A stretch of 63,983 nt of DNA, filler included. It is 14 parts of 14 records of this genome, joined end to end, with 100 filler letters (N's around TTAATTAATTAA, not from the genome) between each part and the next. Parts side by side here need not be neighbours in the genome. Positions count along the whole stretch, not along the records: positions 22,630 to 26,760 come from SRR7504441_30060; positions 26,861 to 33,019 come from SRR7504441_30073; positions 33,120 to 38,083 come from SRR7504441_30219; 11 more parts are not named here. One strand, 5' to 3'. A program made the translations under genes and the position numbers. Below are positions 22,851-33,658 of this stretch, piece by piece. The notes beneath the pieces are model-generated. The model was not told the origin of the DNA, did no database searches, and saw only the letters and a list, made by a program, of their open reading frames with translations. The number at the start of each line of letters is the position of its first letter. The first letter of the stretch is position 1.

Positions 22851-24460
22851 TGATGGTGCCTCAGCGAAGACCAAAGAGGCACTCCGTCTGGTCTGTATCA
22901 CCAACAGGTGAAGCATCAGAGGAGCGCAGTCGATTGGAGAGAAGCGCCAGTGTGGATGCTTCTGACCTGCCGTCAGGCGAATCTTTCTTTGGAGCTGGGG
23001 CGCAGCAGAACAGTTCTGGGGGCATGGCCCTGAGTGTCGGCAGCCCTTCACCTGGGCTTGTCGGCAGGGCGATGAGTCCTCTCAGAAAGGTGTCCCAAAT
23101 CCTCTGGATCATGCTGTCTAAAAAGGCCAATGCTGCTATACAATCCTGGCGGCAGAACAGGCTCGCCTCGCCGGTTTCACAAAATGTACTTACTATGTCA
23201 CAGCCCTCAGCCAGTACCTCGGAATCGCCTCTCGTGGCCTTCAGACGGTCGATCGCAGCCAGCACTAGAGTTGCCCAGGGTCCTGAATTTGCAGTCGCGT
23301 CACCAGACTCGTTTTCGCATGGAACGCCAGACGCCAGCATTGTCGGAGACAGCTCAAGCGCCGTCGCAGGCCCAGAGGACTCCAAACTTAGTAAAGCTCT
23401 CAACCATGTTAATACAGAGAGCGAGGCGTTGCTGGCCGAAGCTCTCGCGGAGAGGAGGAGATTGGCCGAGCGGATAGTCGAATCTAGAAACACAAAGGTG
23501 GAAGCATTACCTGCAGTAGACCGAGCTCGAGGGGAGGAAGAGCTGACAGGACTGGGGGAGATTGATGACAGGCTAGATGGAAGTTTTGCAATTAGCAGCG
23601 TATTAAGAGCGCCTACCACAAATATTGACTCAGGGTTGCACCAGGCCAGCACAGCTGCCATATCCAGTCAGCTGGCAAGGGCCCACGATGTCGAGGGCGG
23701 TGTTGAGAGCCGGTCTGTAGCATGGAATTCGTCGACAGGAGCTGTTCCAGACTTAGGGGCACTATTCGAGAAGGCCAAGTTGGAGTATGATGGCACTGTG
23801 CACAAGCAAGACCTGGCCGCTAGGGCCCATGGAGGCGACGAGCATGGATTGCTGAATGAGATGAGTTACGTAGTTGAGAGCCCTGAGGAATGGTGCCAGT
23901 TCTTTGAACGTCTTCGGCAGACACATGGTGACCACTGTGTCGACCTGTTGCTGCATTCCATTCATGCGGAGCTCGACGCTGAGCCCACTGCACCGGAGAG
24001 TTACACTGATCTGATTGCAAGAGCCCCTCAGCTCTTTGCTCTAGCTTGTAACAAGCAGCCCAAAGAATCTCTGACCCGCAAGGCCATTGCAGAGCGTCTT
24101 CATGCCGGTGATGACTGCGGCCTGCTACGAAGATTGGGGGCTTCGGCCACAGATGTTGTCTCCGTTTATGATTTTCGTGCGCTGTTGTTTCTTCTAGAGC
24201 GCGAGCGCGGCACTGAGTTTGTGGCGCAGTTCATGCAACACCTGTGGCGACGAGCCAGGGCCACCTGCGGCAATCCTAGAGACGCAGAGGCTCTTCACCC
24301 CGGTCGTTCCCGGACAGCCCAGACAACAGCATCCCAATCTAGACCTGACAATGATGCATCAGAAATTGCTGCTCTAAGACAAAAAGCAAGGAACGCTTTG
24401 ATGAAGCGTAGACAGCAAGCCTTAGAGTTGTTGAATCAAACGAGCCCGGAGTGGCGATAA
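22630..24460 (+). CDS. Protein with N-terminal 12-aa helical repeats (MgtE-N-like) and degenerate EF-hand-like segments; 5'-truncated
   Basis: 609-aa ORF beginning (MxPEERAAALEx)6. Confidence 0.65.
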
Positions 24461-24909
24461 CTAAAATGTTCAGAGCTTTGGTAAAATTGATTATGAAGCT
24501 CATGATTGTTTTGACCCTTACATGGTTGTAGGCGACCATGGTTTCGACCTTGGAATTCAGGCACGAATCTTCATCATTAATTAATTCTAATTTATTAATC
24601 ACAACCTTTTAATATACGTACTTGTACTCTCGTACATCAATGATCTGGACCATGCACAAGTAGGTGTACGATAGGTGTACGATAACTTGACATATATGTA
24701 CAATTCACTTGACATTTTATTGACAATTGACACAATTGACACCAACAATAAACTCGTGAATGTGTATTTTACTAGATGTGTCGAGAGATGCCCATGTGTA
24801 GGCTGGGATCATCTCCTGAACGACGCATCGATTGAATGTAATCCACCAAAAAGCACCTTGCATCCCCACCCTCCTAGACTCGGGGTGCTTGATCAGCCAG
24901 CCACAGCAT

Positions 24910-26628
24910 CTACTGTGTGGCATGGCGCGACGCCTGCACCAGCTGCTTGACAGCCTTTTTGAGGTCGCCCTGGGTGGCTTGGAGCGCGCGCTTGTTCTCA
25001 GCTGCGTCCTCAAAGCCCATATCTTTGAGGTCCTCAAGCAGAGAACCCCAGCCATCTGGCAGCTTGACTTCGAAATGGCGCAGCCCAAGCTTCTTCATTG
25101 CCATCCGCTTGAGCCCGTGCGGGAGCATTTCGAGCAGTGCGTTGAGCATCTCACTCGCCTGCTGCTCATCCGACACAGGCTCGATTGAGATAGGGATCTT
25201 GGTCTCGGCCGCCACTTGGTCGACAAGCTCACACAGTTTGGCAAACACTTCCGGTGCTGAGGCAAGCGGCTGCGCAGCTTTGAGCTCGAGCGGCGCAGAT
25301 TGGCCCTCCGGGTAGAAGCTCCACAGCCCAGCCGCGCTGGCACGATCAACGGCCACGAATCGGGCACCACCAGACTCGCAGAGGATAGCCGCATCAGGAG
25401 TGCCTTCGGTTGAGATGCCCAGAAAGGCGTCGGCTGCCCGGTGGGCGTGCGAGAGCAGCCGGAAGATCGACGGCTTGTCCTCAGTCGGGAGGGGCTCGAA
25501 CTGAGCACGAGGGCCACGGCCGCCTCCCCGCTGGAGCTCGAGCTGGTCACTTACCCGAAGGTTACCGGGGTGCCGCTGCGCCTGGAAGCAGACCCGACCA
25601 CTCGGGAGCAGCACGAGCTGCCCGGGCACGCCGGAGGCCTGGTGCTCGCCGGCCCAGTTGACCAGCTTGCCCTGGATCAGCTTGGCGCCCGACTTGTCCT
25701 CAAACTCAGGCTTGGCGTCCATCTTGGACTGCGGTTGGCTCCGGCAGGAGGTCTGGTCGCAGAGGGGCTGGTCCCATCCGGCGGTCTCGTTCGATCCACA
25801 CCACTGGTTCTGGCCGTTTTTCTGTCCCCAGCCGTGGTGGGTCTCGTTCGAACCACTCCACTGGTTCTGGCCAGGGTTCTGGCCCCAGCCGTGGTGCTGC
25901 CCCCAACGGCCATCGTTCCACTCGCTGTGGCCCCAACCGTGGTGCTGCCCCCAGCCTTGGTGATCGCCCCAGCCGCAGCTGTTCTTGTTCCACTCGGCGT
26001 GGTGCTTCTTCCAGTGCTTCCACTTGTTCTTCTCCTCGTGTCCCCACTGGCCGGCCGTATTCTGCTCGTGCTTCCACGCCTTCCAGTCGTTCTTGTTCCA
26101 CGTACCCTTGCTGTCGCCCGGGGGAATTGGGCTGTCGAACGCCTCTGCCCTTTCGGCCTTCTTGTTGGCCTTGGCCGCCGCCTTCTCCGCTGCCTTGGCC
26201 GCCTTGAACGCCATCTTGAACTCGGTCTCGGCGCTCTTGGCCGCACGAGCTTCGTCCATCTTCTTGGCTGCCTCGAGCTTGGCCGCCTCGAGCAGCTGCT
26301 TGGCCTGCGCCTTGGCGCTCTTGGCCTGGTCGCCTGCGGCGGCCGCTTGCTGCTCCAGCTGTGATGCATCGGCCCTTGGGGAGGCGTTGTTGAACGGGTT
26401 CTCGTCCTCAGCCAGACGGACGGTCAGGTGGAGCGGCTTACCCTCCCGCGCCGCGGATAGGTCAGCCAGCTGGTCCACGATCACGTCGGTCTCGCCACAC
26501 GCCAAAGCGAGCGGAGCGTTGGCCGGGAGCACGAACCGCTGGCGAATGCTGGCGAGGAGCTCGGCCGGCACAGCGGTGATCTTGCGCATGTCGTCGTTGA
26601 AGCTTACCTTGAACGGAAGGGCGGCCAT
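24910..26628 (-). CDS. PB1 ... UBA protein (p62/NBR1-like architecture) with a Trp/Gly/His/Gln-rich low-complexity region; intronless
   Basis: N-terminal FKVSFNDDMRKI (PB1 basic Lys) and C-terminal LEDLKDMGFEDAAENKRALQATQGDLKKAVKQL (UBA, MGF motif). Confidence 0.7.
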   Translation of the reverse strand: MAALPFKVSFNDDMRKITAVPAELLASIRQRFVLPANAPLALACGETDVIVDQLADLSAAREGKPLHLTVRLAEDENPFNNASPRADASQLEQQAAAAGDQAKSAKAQAKQLLEAAKLEAAKKMDEARAAKSAETEFKMAFKAAKAAEKAAAKANKKAERAEAFDSPIPPGDSKGTWNKNDWKAWKHEQNTAGQWGHEEKNKWKHWKKHHAEWNKNSCGWGDHQGWGQHHGWGHSEWNDGRWGQHHGWGQNPGQNQWSGSNETHHGWGQKNGQNQWCGSNETAGWDQPLCDQTSCRSQPQSKMDAKPEFEDKSGAKLIQGKLVNWAGEHQASGVPGQLVLLPSGRVCFQAQRHPGNLRVSDQLELQRGGGRGPRAQFEPLPTEDKPSIFRLLSHAHRAADAFLGISTEGTPDAAILCESGGARFVAVDRASAAGLWSFYPEGQSAPLELKAAQPLASAPEVFAKLCELVDQVAAETKIPISIEPVSDEQQASEMLNALLEMLPHGLKRMAMKKLGLRHFEVKLPDGWGSLLEDLKDMGFEDAAENKRALQATQGDLKKAVKQLVQASRHATQ

Positions 26629-26860
26629 GCTGCTGTTACGGTGTGTGTAAGCCACCTGCGCGACCAAACCTCAGCCCGCCGCCCCGCAGTTGCATGTTCA
26701 CCTTCAGCAGTGTAGTTCAGCGCGCTGTACCAGCGCACCGATTTCCAAGTACGACTGTACNNNNNNNNNNNNNNNNNNNNNNNNNNNNNNNNNNNNNNNN
26801 NNNNTTAATTAATTAANNNNNNNNNNNNNNNNNNNNNNNNNNNNNNNNNNNNNNNNNNNN

Positions 26861-27357
26861 TGCGCTGGGCTTGGGTGCCGCAGCCTTGGGCGCGCTGGGC
26901 TTGGGTGCCGCAGCCTTGAGCGCGCTGGGCTTGGGCGCGCTGGGCTTGGCAGGCCGGGCCGCCCGACTCACAGGCTTAGGCGCGGGTTTGGTGTCAACCT
27001 TGGGTGCCGCAGCCTTGGGTGCTGGCTCGGGCGCTGGCTCGGGCGCTGGCTCGGGCGCTGGGGCCTGCTTGGCAGCGAAGGTGAGAACGAGCGGGCGCGG
27101 TTGGGTGCCGAGCAGCTCGACCACCCGCTTGAGCGGCCAGCTGGAGACGTCGGTGCTTCCTACCTTGAGTAGAGACTGGCCGGTGACTCGGGCATGCTCG
27201 GCGGTCTTGGAGGCCGACAAGAAGACCCCGCCGGCGCTCTGCTGCTCCAGAGTGAGCCCGAGCGGCCCCGGCTTGGAGAAGGTGAGCGTCGCCTGCCCCC
27301 CCCAAGCTCAGCCTAAGCTCAGGCCCAGCGAAGCCCGATGGGCCCTGCACACACCAT
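26861..27357 (-). CDS. PDZ-domain protein with a Pro/Ala/Lys repeat tail; 3'-truncated; probable intron right after the ATG
   Basis: TLTFSKPGPLGLTL...LLKVGSTDVSSWPLKRVVELLGTQPRPLVLTF, then (APEP)n and (AAAPKPSA)n. Confidence 0.7.
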
Positions 27358-27409
27358 GAATCGAGTCCAGTTGATTCAAACGGGCTGGCGACGCTTCGAC
27401 GCTCATCCA

Positions 27410-28085
27410 ATGCAACTCACACGGGCCGGCGGGGTGGGCCGGCTTTGGGCGGCCTGGCGGGCGGTGCGGCACGGGCACAACGGCCAGCCCCGGTGGCACG
27501 CGCGACGTCGGCCGTGCGCGGCGCACGGGGGCGAGCCGCCGGCGGGGCTGGACCTGGCGGAGCTCACGCTGCATTTCGATGGTGGCTCACGGGGCAACCC
27601 CGGGCGGAGCGGGGCGGGGGCGGTGCTGCTGTGCCAGCCGGCGGAGGGCCCGGCGCGGGCGGTCTGGTCCGGCTGGCGGTACCTGGGCGAGCTGCAGACG
27701 AGCAACGAAGCCGAGTACGAGGGCCTGCTGGTGGGGCTGGAACAGGCCGAGCGACTGGCAGCCCGGCGGGTGCGGGTGCGGGGCGACAGTCTGCTGGTGG
27801 TCCGGCAGCTCCAGGACGAGTGGAAGTGCCGGCGAGACCATCTGCGGCCGCTGCTGCGAGCGGCCCGCCGGTTGGTAGATCAGTTTGAGAGCTGCGAGAT
27901 CGCCCACGTGGCCCGGGAGCAGAATGGCGTGGCCGACCGGATGGCCAACAGGGTGCGCGGGCCCGGGCTGGCGGCTGGTGGACGCGGGGCAGGCGATGGA
28001 CGAGCAGGCGAGCGGCGAGTTGTTCATCGGTGCCGACGAGTTAGGCGCCTGGCTACCTGACCGATCTAAAGAGAATGCTACGTGA
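27410..28085 (+). CDS. Ribonuclease HI (archaeal/plant/actinobacterial type) with an Arg-rich, presequence-like N-terminus; 1 intron
   Basis: LHFDGGSRGNPG, TSNEAEYEGL, GDSLLVVRQ, HVAREQNGVADRMANR|AMD (D-E-D-D catalytic set). Confidence 0.9.
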
Positions 28086-28248
28086 TTGCTAGTAGTATCT
28101 AGATTAGTGTGCATGTAATAAATGTAGTATGCAACTATGCATGTAAATACATGCTCCGCTATGCTCCTCGGGATATCAGAGTCCTAGAGTCCTGAATTTG
28201 AATCTCGCGCCAAAAGATCTTTGAATCGGTGTCTCTTGGGTTACCATC

Positions 28249-29313
28249 ATGGCAACTATGACATTCCTCGCTGTCTGCTTCGTACTGGCCGCCGGCGCCT
28301 CGGCCGCCCCGGTGGGTCAAGCCGCGCAATTCGAGCAATACCAGCTCCAATTCAACAAGAGCTACGCCAGCCCGGCCGAGCACCAGCTCCGGCTGGCGGC
28401 CTTTGGGCGGTCGCTCGCCAAGATAGCCGAGCTGAACGGAATCGAGGGCGAGGAAGTCTACGGGCTGACCAAGTTTTCGGACCTGACCCCCGAGGAGTTC
28501 AAGGCCCGGTACCTCTCGGGCTTCCGCCGGCTGACCGACCCGGCGAACGTTCCGGTGCTTGAGGATCCGCCGATGCCGCTGAACGTGACAGGGTCCGTGG
28601 ACTGGCGGACCAAGCACAAGGTGACTCCGGTGAAGGATCAGGGCCAATGCGGGAGCTGCTGGGCCTTCTCGGCCACCGAGGAGATCGAATCGGCTTGGCT
28701 GATGGCTGGGAATGAGCAAGAAATCCTCGCTCCGCAGCAGATCACCAGCTGCGACAAGAAGGACCTCGGCTGCAACGGCGGGGATACCCCGACCGCGTAC
28801 AAGTACGTGATGAAGGCCGGTGGGATGGTCACTGAGAAGGCTTACCCGTACAAGTCTGGGAAGAGCGGCAAGAGCGGCAAGTGTAAGAACTCTGCCGTCA
28901 GCGGCAAGAAGGCAGTCACCATCAAGGGATTCAGCTATGCCACCACGCCCAAGCCGAATGACGCTACTGAGGCCGGCCGCTGGAAGGCGAACGAGGCCAA
29001 GATGGCTCAGGCCATGGCGACCAAGGGTCCGATGTCAATCTGCGTGGATGCGGAGGTCTGGCAGAACTACAAGTCTGGCGTAGTGACCAAGACTTGCAAG
29101 AAGCAGCTTGACCAGTGAGTGGCCCGGGCGGGGGGGCGCTGAGGGCGGGGCAGCTGCGTGCAGGCGGTTGGGTATTCTATGGCCGGCCCCAAGCCTTACT
29201 GGATTGTGCGGAACTCGTGGAATACTGACTGGGGTCTGGACGGGTACATCCATGTGGGATATGGCGGGGACTACTGCGGGATCGCGGAGGAGGCCACCTT
29301 TGTGCAAGTCTAG
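28249..29313 (+). CDS. Papain-family (C1A) cysteine protease with signal peptide and I29 prodomain; 1 intron splitting the catalytic His codon
   Basis: [41 protein letters not shown]. Confidence 0.95.
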
Positions 29314-29708
29314 AAAGCGATCTAGGCGGCACCGAGTGTGAGGCTTAGCAAGACGATGGGTGGAAGCTAGAGGCGTGTACTCATGTGTTCATCAGTGATG
29401 ATGTGTTCATGAAGCGGTGAGGGCGCATGCTACACCACTGACATGTAAATTGAGGCGAATGAAATTGAATTGACATATGCCTAGTGAATCAACTATTTCA
29501 AAAGTATTGATCAATGCAATACTTACTCGTACGAAGTCTCGGGTAGTCCGCCTGCACGCTCGTGCTCATGAGATGTATTAGAGACGTATAGAATGTTATG
29601 ATCCTTCAACTAGCATTGATTGCACGGAATAGTACCCGTGCAGGCATCCGGATCCTTGATTCACTAGGATTCGCCAGGCGGCGGCATTCAGCTTGTCCGG
29701 CTGAGCGG

Positions 29709-29972
29709 CTAGGTGAAGGCGGTGTTGTTACAGGTCGGAGTGACGCTATCCCACCACGGATAGGCTGTGTGCACCGCCCCCTGCACGGTGCAGTTGTTGA
29801 AGGTGGGCGAGCCCCAGCCATCGGTGAAGTCGATCTGCAGCATGGTGCAGTTGGTGAACACGGTTCCGTCCAGACATCCAGTGATCTTAGTTCCGGACGT
29901 GAAGACGCAGTTGGAGTATTCCTGCCCGCCGGCGTCGTCCACTTGGCCGCTGTAAGTCTCGTTGTAAGGCAT
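29709..29972 (-). CDS. Small (87 aa) pentapeptide/beta-solenoid-like protein
   Basis: Recurring YSNCVF, FTNCTM, FNNCTV and CNNTAF with coding-like codon usage. Confidence 0.5.
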   Translation of the reverse strand: MPYNETYSGQVDDAGGQEYSNCVFTSGTKITGCLDGTVFTNCTMLQIDFTDGWGSPTFNNCTVQGAVHTAYPWWDSVTPTCNNTAFT

Positions 29973-30219
29973 CGGTCTGCCCCCCGGCTCAGGCCCGGGA
30001 GAAGGCCGAGCTTCAGGAGTGATCATGAGCCCTTCTAGCTACTACGGCGTCTGCCAGCGCTGACGGAGGGGCTGATGAGTTAGTCGGCGCATTCAGCTAG
30101 AGAGAGAGAGACGCCGAGGGAGCGGCCCAGAGGGGCGGGCCGAGAAGGGGGGCGGCCAGCTACCGCGGGCAAGGAGTCGGCGGGTAGATGATGAGATCTA
30201 CGTAACTGAAACGGCAAAA

Positions 30220-30892
30220 ATGCTGTGGTGCGCGCTGTGGCTGTGCGTTCTCGGGATGGCGCTGCCCAACATGGTGCCCAGCCCGCCCGGCCCTGTTGAG
30301 CCGGGGGCAGCTCGCCTTCGGGGCCAGCATCCGGTCCGGGCTCCAGCTGATCGACTGGCTCTACCCGTGGCCGCAGAACCACAAACCGTTCCACGCCCAT
30401 CCTACCCTGATCCGGGCGCACGTTCTCCTCAGCGGGGCCGCGCTGCTGGTTGGGGCCTGGGCGCTCTCCGGCCCGGCGCCCGGCTCGGGTGAGTACTCGC
30501 GGCTGTTGGTCGGATACAGTCTTCTGGTGCTGTTCGGGGGGCTCTGTGCCGTCCGGTTCAGCTCGCACAACCTGGCGCACAAGCCGACCGGGACCGCGGC
30601 GTTCGGGTTCATGGCGGCCGGTTCGGTGGTCCCCGGCTGCTGTGCCGCGGGCTGTTGGCTGGCGGGGGATGTTGCTCGGGCGCATGCGCACCTGTGTCGG
30701 TCCTGGGCGGCGCTGCTCGGTGCTGGGGTGTTGTTCCGGGGGTTAGGGGTGCTGGCGATGCCCGCAGTGCCGGCCGAGCACAAGCGGGAGGCCTGGCTGC
30801 TGCTGGTTTGGGCGAGTTGGTGGATCCCTAGTGCGACCTGCGATGCGTTGTTTACGCCGGGACTGGGCATGTTGGAGCTTGTAAACTCGTGA
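30220..30892 (+). CDS. Multi-pass membrane protein, DUF2306-like; 1 intron
   Basis: About 6 hydrophobic helices; HVLLSGAALLVG, AFGF, GDVARAHAHLCRSWA. Confidence 0.6.
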
Positions 30893-31069
30893 CCGACTTA
30901 TTGATGCGTACTCGTACGACGCGATAAGTCAGTACGTACCGGTAGTATTAATCGAATGCTTACATGTCATCGAAACTTGTCCCATACGAGTATTGCGTAC
31001 ATGCACGGCACGACAACAGCATATTAAAAACAAAAGCTGTTTTAAGTTAGATTAAAAGACCATGTGTTG

Positions 31070-33019
31070 TTACTTGGCTTGACCATCAGCTGGAGGTGCA
31101 GCAGGCACCGGCACCTTTAGCTTGTGGATCGTACCTGGGTCGACCCCACGCTGGCAATAAAACAGCATATACCTGCCACCAAGCTCGCCGCACCCGGCGG
31201 CGGCCAGCCCTACCCCTGCGACTGCCTCACGCTCTGCTCCGACACTGCTGAGACCCAAGCGTCGTCGCATTGGAACCACTCGCGGTGCTTTCGAACAAAG
31301 GCAATGTAGTGCCCCTGCCCGCGGCTCGCGGCTCACCCGGGGGTGGGGCGTGCCGTCTCCATGCTGCCCTTGTGCTCGACCACTGCAAATAAGTCGTACA
31401 GCAGTCCGCCCTCCTGCAGAGCGGCTCGCCAGGCGCCAAACACCCTCTCACCTTAGGCTTGCTATCCGCACAGCAGTAGGGCGCAAGGTCCACTCCGCGG
31501 AGCGAGAAATCGACCTGCCTGCCAATCAGCCCGATCGGCCAGCGTCAATCGGGCCTGCTCCTCGATCTTGGAAGTGGCCGCCATTGACCTTTCAAACCGT
31601 TTCAAGTGCACGCAGAGTACAATCGGTGGCTTCTGAATCGCAAACTGCTTCGTGCAGTCCTTCCCCCCGCGGCTCACCGGCCAGCCGCACCGGCGCGGCA
31701 CCGTCTTGGCGTTGCAGGTCTGACAGAACGGCCGCTCGTCCATTTCGAGAGGCTCAGCCCTTGTAAAATGCTCCAAGCAGTATTCAATCGTGCGCTGGCC
31801 GTCCGCTCCGACACGGATGTCTAGCGAGATGTCGTGAAACGGCTCAGTCCGGTGCGACACCCCGCCACAGCTCCGGCAGACCACAGACGATTGGAGCGTT
31901 CCCCCGAATATCGGTCGGCCCAGCTGAAGTCCTCCGATCGACTGGAGAGAATTGACCGCTGCGATGAAGAACTCATGTGCATCCTGCTGGGCGTACCTGC
32001 CGGCCAGTCCAGCTGGGCAGGAGGCCTGCGGTACCCTTTGAGGCTGTCCACAGAGCGCCAAGTGGAGATCAGCATCGCGTGAGGCGAGAACGGCTCCGAC
32101 GAGCCATCGTGGAGTGAAGAGATGGCGCTGATGATTTGGGCTCCAAGTCCTAGCTCGGTACCCGGTTCGGCCTCGTCCAGCGCCGGTATGCGGGTGTCGG
32201 CGCTGAGGACGACCCTCCGGAGTACGGGGTTGGCTGCCATCGCCTGCGCAGCAGGTGGGCCGAGCGGTGGTCTGTGCGACCTCACCTGCAGGATACAACC
32301 CATGAAGCAGGTGTTGCCGAGGTTGTTGAGTCCCCGCAGCCCCCACAGCCCGTGCGCTGGGCCCCGGCCTCTGGCACTGTGTTCGAGCAGCTGCGGTATG
32401 TCGGCCTCTGACCCCCCGGGGCTCGCCGCCCGTACCCCAGAGGCCTCACCCGATACATCGGTTGAGCCTTGCAGCCGGGCCTGTAGCCGGCAGCCGGCCA
32501 GGGTGATGGCCTGCTCGATCTCAGGGTGGTAGCAGTAGTCACACAGCCCGCGCGAGTAGATGGCCCCTCTATCCAAGTCCATCTTCGGCCAGGTCGGTCA
32601 GAACAAGTCTGGCGGGGGCTAGTCGGGGTACCGCCAAGTGGAATCCTGTGGCGGCCAGGTACTCCTGCATGTGTGGCCAGCAGGCGGTCACATTCGACTC
32701 GATGCACGCGTGCTGCCGCCCGTCCCACCGCCCGCAGGTGACGCAGCCCAGCTTGGAATGCTCGCCGCCCTGGCCCCGACCGCTCGGCCGTCGCTGGACC
32801 AGCCGGGCACCGGGCACTGCCGCCGGAGAGCTACGATCATCCCGAGCGCCTTGACCACGTCCTGCCCCGCCCAGTCGGCCCCGCCGACGGCTGGGGGTGC
32901 CTTGGAGCTCTCCCGGCGCCAGAAGTCTTCGAGCATTTGGCAGCGCTTGCGCGGCTCTTGCCGCACCGGCTGACCGGCCGGCTGGCCCGCGGGCTGGGCC
33001 GGCCGGCACCTCCTCCTAC
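31070..33019 (-). CDS. USP22: Ubiquitin-specific protease USP22/Ubp8-like (zf-UBP plus catalytic domain), multi-intron, 5' end at the contig edge
   Basis: GLRGLNNLGNTCFMGCILQ, QQDAHEFF, IFGGTLQSSVVCRSCGGVS..EPFHDISLDI, PIVLCVHLKRFE; degenerate zf-UBP CDYCYH. Confidence 0.8.
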
Positions 33020-33119
33020 NNNNNNNNNNNNNNNNNNNNNNNNNNNNNNNNNNNNNNNNNNNNTTAATTAATTAANNNNNNNNNNNNNNNNNNNNNNNNN
33101 NNNNNNNNNNNNNNNNNNN

Positions 33120-33487
33120 GCTATCTCCCTGTTGATCTGATCCCGCCGCCCGGCCGCCGCGTGCCGCAGGTTGATCCCGGCCGGGGTCGGGTCGGCCGGG
33201 CCCTCGATCAGGTCCTCGAGGTCGTCCAGCACCGCCTGCCGGTCGCCCGGCCTCGAGAGCTGGCCCTCGAGCCCTGCGGCGGCCTGCTGCTCCAGGATCT
33301 GGTGCAGGGCCTGGGCCTCGGCGTGCAGCCTGGTGATCTGGTCTGTTTTCTCCTCCGGGAACATCTGGTAGGTCCGGTCGACCGCCTGGATCGCGTCGGC
33401 CAGCTTACCCACCTCCTCGGAGGCCAGCGCCTGCTTCAGGACCACAGGCAGCCGCCCGGCGGCTGCCCTGGGCATATCGCTCACCAT
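33120..33487 (-). CDS. 5' fragment of an unknown protein
   Basis: ORF MVSDMPRAAAGRLPVVLKQAL... open to the contig end, with GC3-rich codons. Confidence 0.5.
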
Positions 33488-33658
33488 CCGGCCAGCCGGC
33501 GCTGCAGCAGCCTCAGGCCCCGCTCAGCCCGAGCTCCCTGCCTATGCTCAGCGAGCTCCCTGCCCTGCTCAGGCCTCAGCAGCCTCAGCCTCCCACACAC
33601 ACGGGAGATGCTGTAACGGCAAGTTGGAAAGTTGAATCCGCGCGTCGGTGGATTCAAC

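Noticed and set aside
27410-28085. RNase H as part of an LTR retrotransposon
   Set aside because: There is no reverse transcriptase, integrase, gag or LTR nearby. The gene has an intron and ordinary neighbours.
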